64,000 bases of DNA, taken from NCBI RefSeq assembly GCF_006345805.1, contig NC_043006.1, positions 63,488,001 through 63,552,000 of the forward strand. Reading direction: 5' to 3'. Each line of letters opens with the position of its first letter. The stretch's first letter is position 1. This stretch comes from Octopus sinensis. Taxonomy: Eukaryota. This document shows, piece after piece, positions 13,318 through 64,000 of the stretch. The position numbers and the translations under genes are program-made. Below the pieces are notes generated by a model. It worked only from the letters and a program-made list of their open reading frames with translations, was not told the origin of the DNA and did no database searches.

Positions 13318-13532
13318 AAAATATAATAGCAGCGATGACGGCATCAGAATCTGTTGATGACTTCTTTTATCAGCAATATAAAAGCTTCTTCACCAATGGG
13401 ATCCAAGCACAGCAACACCGATGGAAGAAGTGTGTGAGCCACAAGTGGGACTATGTTTAAAAGTAAACGTCATTTGGTCACATTCCATGAGTGTTTCATG
13501 GCCAGCCTATGAACTTTTCAGCCAAACCTTAT
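13318..13532 (+). mobile_element. 3' fragment of another mariner
   Basis: SVDDFFYQQYKSFFTNGIQAQQHRWKKCVSHKWDYV* followed by TIR-like CTATGAACTTTTCAGCCAAACCTTATA. Confidence 0.8.
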
Positions 13533-15689
13533 AGGAGCACTCTGAAGCAGTGATGATTTTTAATGACTTGGTGGCCATAACCAACTGTGAGAAAGTAACC
13601 ACATAATTCTGGTTGCTCATTTGCTTAAAGGTGGTTGAGTGGTAGGACTACTATTCTTTGCAGCTCAAGTAACTACCGTAAAGTTAGCCTCATTGGCTCG
13701 TAGAAAAATTAGGGAAATCTGTTTAAATCAAATACGAAAAAAAACTTAAGATCTTTGCAATTTTTATGAACCGACTGTCCCATAAGAAACAAGCAAAGTG
13801 ACAATATAGTAGTGAAATACTAGTAAATACATGCAGAGAGATGTACGGTGTTGAGAAGGATGGTAAGATTCTGCAGATAAAACTGCTTAACTCTGCCAAC
13901 AGTTACCTATCGTAACACAATCGACCGACTAAGATATTTTCCCAACTTCCTGTTGGCACACCTCGTTAAATATAATTGAAAATTGATATACTGGTGTGAA
14001 CCACACAAAACGTTGAAACAAATTATACATATGAAAAGTAATAATGTATTCAAAGTCATCAACAGAAAATAAAGAAATGAACTAAAGTTGTGGAAGCACT
14101 TAATACTAAACACAGGATATAGAATTACACACACACATACTAATATACATACACGCAAAAATTTATATATAACTGAATACAGACATACATGCAAACATAC
14201 ACACGCTTACATGCATTGCATATATGCAGGCATATATGGCAGCTGTTAACTCATAGTTGAATGTAACCATCACTGACAAATAATCTTATCCCAGATTTTA
14301 AAGACAATGGTTGTCTGCAGCGACTGCGCTGAAATTTAAGGTCAACAACAACTTGCACAATACCGCGAAGATTCTCACCTAGGAAACCAAGTAGTTTGAA
14401 ATCAAGCAAGAACAGTATCTTCGGCTTCACAAATGCAGGTGTTATTTCAGAATTTCCTTCTCCAAGAGAGATGTCTAAACTAAGACTAGTGGTCTTTCAC
14501 TCACAGCTGTTGGATGTTGGTTCTACTTGATTCTGAGTCCATCCGTCCCTTGACAGGTTTTGTTTTTTTCCTGCAAGATATCCGATTTAAACCATCCTCC
14601 TTACCTAGCAGGCTTGGTTGCCAGTTTAGTCGCCGACGGACCGACCATGCGTCATGCTGTAATGGGTTACATGTTATCAATAGCACTAAGAGCGATAAGA
14701 GCGACCTAGCATCAGCACACATACAAACACACACACACACACACACACACACCACACACACACACACCACACACACACACACACATACATACATACATAC
14801 ATACATACATACATACATACATACATACATACATAAGAAAAGTTCGACTCTATTCCCCACTCATGACTGCTAAAATATCAACACTTGGCAAAAGCAACTA
14901 CAACCTTTGTTGCTGCCATTGGGGTACTCACAAAATCCTTGACAGCAATCCTCAAACTTATAAGTGAAGACAGAACGATCGTCTTTGATATTATAAATAT
15001 TTGAAAAGGAATATTCCTTGGAGATAGACATGTCATTCAGTTTATTTCAGCATTAAATTCCTTATCATTCCTGCTACAAGAATCAAATGGCTTTATACTA
15101 GTGTAGTGGAATATATAGTCAGTACAAGGTGTTGATGTAGCTGCGTGTATGTTATTACAAGAGTCCATACAGAGATGAAAGAATAAATTCAAGATCTATA
15201 TATTTACTACATAAAATATCTCTTATTCTTCTTTCGATCATGATACATGGAATCAAATGGAAGAAGCTAGAAAGTTCAGAGATAGAAAATGTAGAACAAC
15301 AGCTAAGTGGTGGCGTTCAGTCATATCTGCTATAGAGAATAGAGAAATAGACGGGCATAGCAACGACGTAGATGTCTCTAAGTCTAATCGACTAAGGAGC
15401 GAAAGCTGTATTAGCAAGGTATTTTTATTAATGGAACACTAGACATTCTAGAAACTTCCAAGAGAAACACCAAGCTTCTTCAATAATTAAGAATTACGTC
15501 TTATGACATTGATGCTTCGAGAAGCTTACAGAAGGGAGGTTACTCTATGATCTTTCTTGCAAGAGCGATCATTCAACTATCTAGCTACCGTTACACTAGG
15601 ATCTACAACTATTAAAGATACTTATGTAACCCGCAATTTCTTTGTTTATGACATAAAGAGTTATGCTAAAATATTAACAATTCTAAAAA

Positions 15690-18276
15690 CAGCTGGAGTT
15701 AACAACATTTTCAGCTAACATAGGAATGGAGTCGGCCAAAAGAAAAGTGTTCGTATTTGATTGTTAAAATCTTTCAAATCGCAAACCTGTGCACAAATGG
15801 TTTCTCTATTTTTCCTATTCAACACAAAAATGCTACAAATACTTAGGCGTTGATGAAAAGGGTGACCCGAGAATATTTCACCAGACTTAGAAAAATACGT
15901 CAGTCGGAACTCTCCTCTTACAATAAGACAATATCGGACAATATGTTTGCAGTATCATTACTGATACCAACATTTGAGATATATGACTGCCCAGTTGAGG
16001 AGATTTATTCCATAGACATTAAAACCCTGCGAAAGGGTTATATCAATTGGAAATAGTGATATCGACAGGTTTTACCTAACAAGAGATGAAGGGACAGCTT
16101 TGGAATGTCTCTCTTAGACAGCATTTGCTAAACAACAGTAGCAAAAATATATACGCATAAACCTAAAGCTGAAAAGCGAAGAGAATAACAATTTACATGT
16201 CGGCAGTGAGCTTCTCAGGAAGTACTAGCTTGATGACGTTCTCACATATATCTCCCAAAACATTTGGACTAACATATATCTAAGAAACGTAGATGTGAAA
16301 CGCTCAGCATTCGAAAACAATGACTATGCATAGACATGTTTCCCAAAAACTTGAAGACAACAGTAATATCGACATGAAGTGCACCTTCGCTTGGACTTGT
16401 GACTGCTACATCACATTTCTTCGAAGGCTATGCATTTTCAATCCAAGAACTGGAAATTTTTATAAAGCACCTAATAAACAAAAGATGCAGTGAAGCCATC
16501 GGAGCCCCAAAAGGCAATTGAAAGTGTTAATTATGTTGCGTTTCTTTGAAAGACATAACACATGAGATTAACAGCTACCCATTATTGTCATTAGGATACT
16601 ACCTCCCAATGCAACATGGCGTTGTCAATAAAACAATATACAATGCCATTCAGAAAAAATACTGTGCTGGAATAAATATGGAGAATCCCTTTATTATTGA
16701 ATACATACACAAACATGAACACAAGGAATACCGGTGGAACATTCCCATCAAATCCAAGCGCAAACATAATAGACTTGATATTGTAGCTTGGGACAGAAGA
16801 AAGAGTAGTCCTGAGATTGAGGTCAGCTGCTCTACAGATGTGAATATCTCTTTGAAAATGTACGAGAAAGAAGATGACTATGGACAACTGCTTCGAAACT
16901 TCCAGCTTCAATATCCAGATGCATACCAATAATAATTGTTACACTTGCTTTTGTGAGTAAATACTTAAGTGACAATCTGGATAAGCTAATGTTTTCAGAA
17001 AATGAAATCAACCAGAACATCGATCCAAAATGCCTTTGAATGTCGTATCATATCCCTTCAGCAACATTTTTTAACCACCAAGTGTCGAAATGCATCCCTT
17101 GACCAAATTTGTATACATGAAGCTTATAACATCATAAGACTTGGAAGGCAGCTCCTTGAGCAACATTTCTTGTCTGATAACCTAGAATACATGCCCGAAG
17201 AAGTTGCACCACTCTACTGCAACGTATCATCAGATGAAAGGATGACCATATATGGGCAGAGGTCCATACATGGATATGTTAATAGACAGCTCAGAGATGA
17301 TAGTAACAAAGATCATCAAAGTGGTCTATCGTGGATCAATAATCGGATTACTAATTCCCACTTTAAAGGGTATGCATTTGCAATCCAGGAACAAGAAACT
17401 TCAACCAAATACCTGATGCACAAAAGTGATAGAGATGCAGGAAAAGCAACAAGTGTAACAACCGATACAAAATTTTTGAAGGTAATCCCGAATATATCAC
17501 CCACATCATATGCAGTTGTCCGAAAATGTCATCACGGTATTATCAACCGATGAAATATGATATTGTAGCTAGTACACTATATAATGAAATCTGTCGGAAG
17601 GATAACACCAAGGATAAAGAAATAAGAACGCATAATATGATAGAAGCCATAGCCATTCATAATAAAAAAGGAGTACTGGTGGAATGTGCCATGGAAAACC
17701 TCAATAAAATGTAAGCACAACAAACCTGATATAAGGATTTAGGATAGAGAAGGGAAAATGTGCACAGTTGTGAAAATTAGCTGCTCAGAAGATCTTAAGA
17801 TAAACTGCAGATAAGTGAAAAAGAGAATACCTACGCTGAACAATTGAGAAATCGGCAGCTGATCTATCCAGATTACAAGTTCAGGTTTATACCTGTAATT
17901 ATTGGGGCCCTAGGATATATGCAACACACTGCCTAAATTTTAATCTTGAGAAATTAAGCTTCTCAAAACTAGAAAGAAGAAAGCTGATTCAAAGACTACA
18001 GATCCAATCCATCACTGGAACTGTAAAAATCTGTAAAACTTTCCAGAAGTTTATCATCTAATTATATATGAGCATGTCTTGATATGAAAGTATATGCATG
18101 AGAAGATATACATAAAACAAAGCATATAAATCTGCACATATACAAATATGCAAACAAAAATACCCTGTTGTTGATGTTGAAATTCCAATGAAGGACCCTT
18201 GGATCTAGGTTAGAAACCGGCTTTTTCCCTATTGGCAAGAAATCTTGAAATAAAACTGAATAATAACATACATACA
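15690..18276 (+). mobile_element. Two head-to-tail degenerate R4/Dong-clade (RLE-type) non-LTR retrotransposon fragments
   Basis: RT tail (YKYLGVDE, EYFTRLRKI..SELSSYNK), GYAFAIQEQE, zinc-knuckle remnant and YYQPMKYDIVA, HNKPDI..D...K.C.V..ISC RLE motif present twice (about 16750 and 17720); final KTFQKFII*, UTR ends CTGAATAATAA. Confidence 0.85.
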
Positions 18277-18433
18277 TACATACTACATACATACATACAT
18301 ACATCATACATACATACATACATACATACATCATACATACATACATACATACATACATACATACATACATACATACATACATACATACATACATACATAC
18401 ATACATACATACATACATACATACATACATACA
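18277..18433. repeat. (CATA)n microsatellite
   Basis: Direct reading. Confidence 0.95.
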
Positions 18434-21068
18434 TTAGCTGTATATGAACAGCTAGGTGTGCAAAAAACTGAATTTATAAATATAGAGTAAGTTATAAGTT
18501 TATTTTAAACAAAAATTACGAAGATTGCAATTGTTAGTTTCACGTGTTATCGATTTTCAATCAATCAGTTTAGTAAATGAGGCAGCTATAGAGGTGTTAT
18601 TACGGTATAAACTTCAGAAACCGTTAAATATATCACTACACTACTTCGTATTCTATAGGAATATCTGTCGTTTGTTCACTTCTCTTTTTGATATTTCACA
18701 ATAAAAAATAACGAATTATATATTAGTTCTGTAAAAAATTTTGATTTTTTTTTTCTTTTTTGAGAACATGGATGAATGCATTATGCGAAAAAACAGTTTT
18801 CAGCTGTAGAGAATACAAAATGTGTTCACAAAAAATTTGCTTTATAAACACATAATGATCAATTAAATTATCTGATGGCTGAATGCTGTATCGTCAAGTT
18901 CTATAAAGACAAGCCAAAATATTTCTTGAGACAATACGAATAAAATCTGGGTTTTGTTTATTTTATTTATTTATTTTGTGAGGATTTTTCTTTTCGTCGT
19001 TTATCAACCTTATGGTTTGTTTTATACAATGTTGTTCTAAGCAAGTCCAATGGTTTTGTATTTTTTATATTATTTAAGGATAATTGTGGGATATATCATA
19101 CATAGAAAGAGTGTTGTCACTTTATTATGTCGGTTCCTTGCTTCAAAATCAATGAAAAACCAGATGATACATGTTGTCTGTCAAATGTAATTTCAGGGTG
19201 AAATAAAATATATGCAGGTATATAAAGAAAGACGTCGTGAAGGGACCGGAAGGGGACGAGACGACGTCACGTCGGCGAGAGACAGGTTCAAGTCGGCCTC
19301 TTTCTTATGGTGTCTGTGGGCGAGACAAGTCGTGTGCTGCTAGCAGTCGTGTGTAGTGGTCCTAGCTGGCGAGGGATCGGCAAAGTCGACGCACGGTTAC
19401 AACTGAATGATTTGGTTGGTCGTCTCCGATTGCAATTTCATTTTGTGCCTTTAAACCACTATGTCATACGTTAGTTCGAACCCCAGAATCACACGATTGT
19501 GAAGCGAACTTCTTCACAATACAGCCTGCCTGTATGCATGTCGCGCGCACGTGCATGTCTGTGTGTATGCATGCATATGTGAATCCGTCTGTGCGTGTGT
19601 GTATATTCATGTCTATGTGCGTTAATTGATGGATAGATGGATGGATGGATGGTTGGATAGATGGATGGATAGATGGATGGATGGATGGTTGGATAGATGG
19701 ATGGATAGATGGATGGATGGATAGATGGATGGATGGATGGATGGATAGATGGATGGATGATGATTGGCTAGAAATAAGTGTAAGAACAATAATTTGGTTC
19801 CGATTTTAAGGAATTGCAGCTACTGTTGTTGGTGGCAGCAATGACGACAGCGATGGTCGTAGTGTTGATAGAGGATGTAGTGTGGTACTTGTGCTGGAGA
19901 TGGTGGCAGCGGCGGCGATGGTCACGATGGTGGTGGTGGTGATGGTGATGGTGGTGGTGTGATGGTGGTGGTTGTGGTGGTACTGGTGTTTATATTGGCC
20001 TTAGTAGTGAATTTAATTGTGGTTGAGCTAGTGATGTTGGGGAAGCTGGTAGTTGTAGAGATGCTAGGGAAAAGGAAGAGGAGGATGAGAAGGATAGAAT
20101 AATGATGATGATGATGATGATGATGATGAAGATGAAGAAATTGGTATTGCTGGAATTTCTGATTCCTTTAACTTACCGAAAGTACACTGCTAAATTACTA
20201 GAAATGTTGTTTGCATCTGATCGAGTTGGCTTTTAGCGTTTGGAATTGTTCCACCTCAGAATGTTCAATCAGAATTTATTAAAATCGAATCAATAAAATT
20301 TGTCTTTCAATAAACTCAAAAGATCTCACCACTTTGAACAGAGTTTAAGAGTCTTAGATCCTTTCTGTTTTTCCAATTGCCATGGTTAGTGGGGGGGGGA
20401 GGTAGCAGTAGTACTTGTGGCAATGGTACTTGAGTGATGGTGAAGGCATGTGGTTGTAGTGGTGGTGATGGTGGTGGTGGTGGTGCTGCTGCTGTTGATG
20501 CTACTAGTGGCACTTATGCTAATGACAGTGGTGGTGACTGCAGCAATGGGGGGGGGCAGCAGCAGTGGTAGTGATGGTGGTGTAGAATAGACATAGTTTT
20601 TTCGCAAGATATTTCTTGTTTTCAGTATGAGTCTCTTCTTCTCCTTTCACCAACATACACTCCATGTACACACAGTATATCCATAGCATCCAGAGATATG
20701 TCTAAAGAATACAAAATATTCAAATACTTCAACATTTTAAGGATGTTGAGAAGCTCAAGTTGCAGCGAGCTGACTGCTACAACATAAGATTGGGATAGAG
20801 TTAGGAATTTATAGGCATATAACCTGTATATGTATGTGTGGTTGGATGCGTGTGTGAGTATCTGCATATGCGGCAATTAGATATACATAAACCTAGCCCA
20901 GCACACCTTAATTTAGCTAATTGAAGTATTTATTTACAAAGAGTGCTCTACAACAGTGCTTCTCAAAGTATCTATTGTGGCGTAACAACAGTTTTTTTTT
21001 TCTCAATATGACAGGAACCGGTAATATTTCTTAATAATATTAATTTATACCGGAAACAGTATATATAA

Positions 21069-21501
21069 TCTCTATATATATAAACGGCAAAATGTCTGCG
21101 TGTCTGTCCTTTATACAAATCCACAATATTCAGTTAGAGAGCTCGCACTTTCTATGGTCATTCAAAACCGTCCAAGGGTGGTCGTGCACATCTTTACATT
21201 TCCCCAGTCACCCTGCAAAGCCATTAAAAAAGCAAGAAGTGACTTTTTTGTGAATTTTCTATCCGAAACCCAATCAAAATGCCCGAAATTTGATATGCCA
21301 ATTGAATGCCAGCTAGCTGCATGTGATTGGTCGGAGATTTGGACAGTACTCGCGTGTATGTGTGCACGCACGCAGCTGTATATAATAAAAGTTGACAACT
21401 TTTTATCTTATATTTATTTAGTAAACAAATAATACAATATTACATAAGTATTTTATAACGTTTCTTTATTTTCTATAAATTTGCCGCGTGCCGGCAGCTA
21501 A
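21069..21501 (+). mobile_element. Probable non-autonomous Helitron of a second family
   Basis: 5' TCTCTATATATATAAACGG; 3' GC-rich GCCGCGTGCCGGC then CAGCTAA|T (degenerate CTAG). Confidence 0.5.
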
Positions 21502-22552
21502 TAGGTCGCGGTTAAGAAGTATGCCACTGCAAGGCATCTTGGTCAAATGTTAATGTTATAGCCTCGAATCTACCCATATCTTGTGAGTGAAACTGGATGA
21601 ATGGAAACTGTACAGAATCCCAACCGATGACTTATATTTCAAAAGCATTGATAATTATGCTAAGGAAACGCGTTTCTATGGAATATTCAACTTATTTAAT
21701 GAACATGTAATTCAGTTCATTGAACAACTGAATCCCACTGTCGTGGCTAGAGTGTGTGCTGCTCAGGGCGGCCCTTCATTTTGCCATCCCCGGACCCCAA
21801 CAAAAGATACATATTGCCTACAGTAGACCCAAAAGTGGTGTTCCCCCCATAAAAGTGCCGCTCGGAACGGACCGCCCTTTCCACTTTCATCAAGCTACCA
21901 ATGTAGAACTATCTGTCCATCATCATACACACACACACACATATATATATAGAAAGAGAGAGAGAAAGAAAGAGGAGAGACAGAGAGAGAAATACACGTT
22001 TATGTACTTACACACAATATACACACATACACACACGCTAACTTTCGGTAAGTTATGTGAAGGGCAAGAAATTACTTGTTAATGTGATTCCTTGCTACCT
22101 CCGTAGCATGTTACTGTCATGACATGGAGAGGGTTATAGCCGACTAAACTGACACCAATATATTACTGATAGTTAATTTATTGCCGCAAGTCAAGGTTCC
22201 GTTTCCATCATTTTTACATGGATTTTTGACTGATTTAAAGAAGACTGGGCTGTTATTTTCAGTAGGCCAAGCAACTATGTAAAAACTCTCACATTTCTAA
22301 ATATGTGTATGAATCTTAGTAATAAGTGAGGCAGAAAATGAATGTTAGGTAGGTTTATATAATAATTTTGTCCCCTGTACTAACGTAACTTTGTAGTGAA
22401 ATATCTTAACGAAAACTTTCTCATACATAAATGTGATGGATGATAAATTTCAATGAATTATTTTTATTCGTGATAAAGAACGCTTTTATGATGTTGCTAT
22501 GTACGGTGAAAAATTTCACAACTTTTGTATATCAACATAATTTAAGTAGACA

Positions 22553-22872
22553 TCATCATCATCATCATCATCGTTTAACGTCCACTTTCCATGCTAGCAT
22601 GGGTTGGACGGTTCAACTGGGGTCTGGGAAGCCAGAAGGCTGCACAAGGCCCAGTCTGATCTGGCAGTGTTTCTACAGCTGGATGCCTTCCTAACGCCAA
22701 CCACTCCATGAGTGTAGTGGGTGCTTTTTACATGCCACCGGCACAGGTGCCAGACGAGGCTGCCAACGGCCATGATCGGATGGTGCTTTTTACGTGCCAC
22801 TGGCACGAAAGCCAGTCCGGGCAGTGCTAGCAACGGCCACGTTTGGATGGTTCTCCAACGTGCCACCAGCAC
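22553..22872 (-). mobile_element. RTE LINE 3' UTR fragment with (GAT)n tail and 3 tandem units
   Basis: Same sequence as the 3' UTR of the 40.6-44.4 kb RTE. Confidence 0.85.
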
Positions 22873-23357
22873 TATAATGTATTTATATATATGTTTTACT
22901 GACTGAAGGTTCCTGTGGAATTATCTACCAAGTCAAAAATAAGTAGTTTTAAGGGGTAACTGCATCCAAAAAACCAAAATAATTTTGCAGCAGAATTAAC
23001 TGTTTTACTAACTGAAGGCTTTAGAAAATCTGTCACTATTTTTCTACCTTATACTTTCTTCTTCCATTCTGGAGTACGTCATTTGCTGGAGTACTAAATG
23101 TGACTCTGCCAAGAGCACAATATCATTTGCATAGTCCAGATTTGTTAGGGGTCTGCCTACAGTTCACTATATTCCAGCATTGCCAAGACATATGGTATCC
23201 CAGAAGAGTATATCCCCAAATTTAAAAGTTTGTGCTAACACAAGTTGCTGTATGAGAACTAGAAGCAGGAACACAGAATTCTTCAACATCATCACCTCAG
23301 AGGTTGTTTCCTGTCACCTCTATTATTTCTTCTGATCATCAACATTCTCATACTGTG

Positions 23358-23401
<44 letters not shown>

Positions 23402-23717
23402 ATGCAGAGGCATGGCTGTGTGTTTAAGGTGCCTGCTTCTCAACCATCTAGTTTTGGGTTCAGTCCTACTGCATGGCAATTTGAGCATGTGCCTTTTCTC
23501 ATGTAATTCCATCTGACCCATGCAAACATGCAGAAGTGGACATGCTAATACAAATTTACATTGAACAAAAATTGCACCAGCCTCACCGTTTTGGAAGATT
23601 ACTGCCTCTCCTTCACAGATTAAATAAGAATGTTTTAAACCCATTACCAAAAGAAATTCTTTTATGTTTGGAAGCGATAAAAAAGTAATATAATTTATAT
23701 AGATTTATGGTTTGACT

Positions 23718-23747
23718 TTTATTTCCAAATATATGAAATATTTTATT
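23718..23747 (-). promoter_or_regulatory. Candidate NAGLU polyadenylation signals (two AATAAA)
   Basis: Minus-strand AATAAA at 23742-23747 and 23718-23723, about 175-200 nt after the stop; AT-rich context makes chance occurrence likely. Confidence 0.4.
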
Positions 23748-23920
23748 CCAAAATGTATCAAATATATATATATGAATAAATTTAAAGCTTTAAAATTTTA
23801 AATCCAATTTTCTTTCAAAACAATTTTCACCAAACAAACAAAAATATTTATATTTGATCATAATTCAACAAAATTGTTACCACAAAAGTTGGGAAGCAAT
23901 CAATCAGGTTGAAGTGAAAT

Positions 23921-63674
<39,754 letters not shown>

Positions 63675-64000
63675 CTATAAAAAATTTGAAAATAATTTGG
63701 TCAGATCAGGTGTTGGGGTGGTATGTTCTGTTATAGTGCATTGCTGCATTTTCTGATGTATATTCCCAGATACCCCTGGGCAACCCATTGAGCAGAGTCT
63801 CAGTCAGTCCCTGTCACCGAGAACTACCTCCCCATTTGTCGTGACCATGTGGCATGTGGTCAACAAACAGAGCCATCAACCCAGCTGGAGCCTCAGTGAA
63901 GAGAACACAGTAAGTAGAGCAAAATGGCATTCTCAACCACAACAGAGACAGACGATGTGGAGTCCTCCAAGAAGCCAACAAAGAATTGGATCTTTGTCTT

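Noticed and set aside
14520-14720. GC-richer segment resembling an RTE 5' UTR with a CTGGCAAC motif, considered for an HDV-like ribozyme
   Set aside because: I could not build P1, P3/L3 and P2 pairings consistent with the double pseudoknot.

Overview
AT-rich, repeat-dense eukaryotic (animal) genomic DNA. The SINE, LINE and microsatellite landscape looks like a coleoid cephalopod, probably Octopus; this is inferred from remembered repeat families, not from a search. The only host gene I can support is the 3' half of alpha-N-acetylglucosaminidase (NAGLU, GH89) on the minus strand: 11 GT-AG exons between 63674 and 23921 splice in frame to 374 aa plus stop, and the 5' exons lie beyond the right edge. 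The rest is transposon-derived or simple repeat: two full-length mariners, a 3.8 kb RTE LINE, R4/Dong-type and CR1/L2-type LINE fragments, a Gypsy integrase/LTR remnant, non-autonomous Helitrons, several MITEs with TIRs and target duplications, tRNA-derived SINEs, large microsatellites and a 100-N gap. Most ORFs in the supplied track are microsatellite artefacts. I found no convincing new multi-gene system. The most interesting signals are at RNA-structure and mobile-element level: an inverted pair of Penelope-type minimal hammerhead ribozyme motifs in a NAGLU intron, a PHD finger inside an RTE reverse transcriptase, a copy-number-variable higher-order hairpin array in that LINE's 3' UTR, Helitrons carrying a captured ORF-like segment and forming a long intronic inverted repeat, and a 110-bp apparent target-site duplication.
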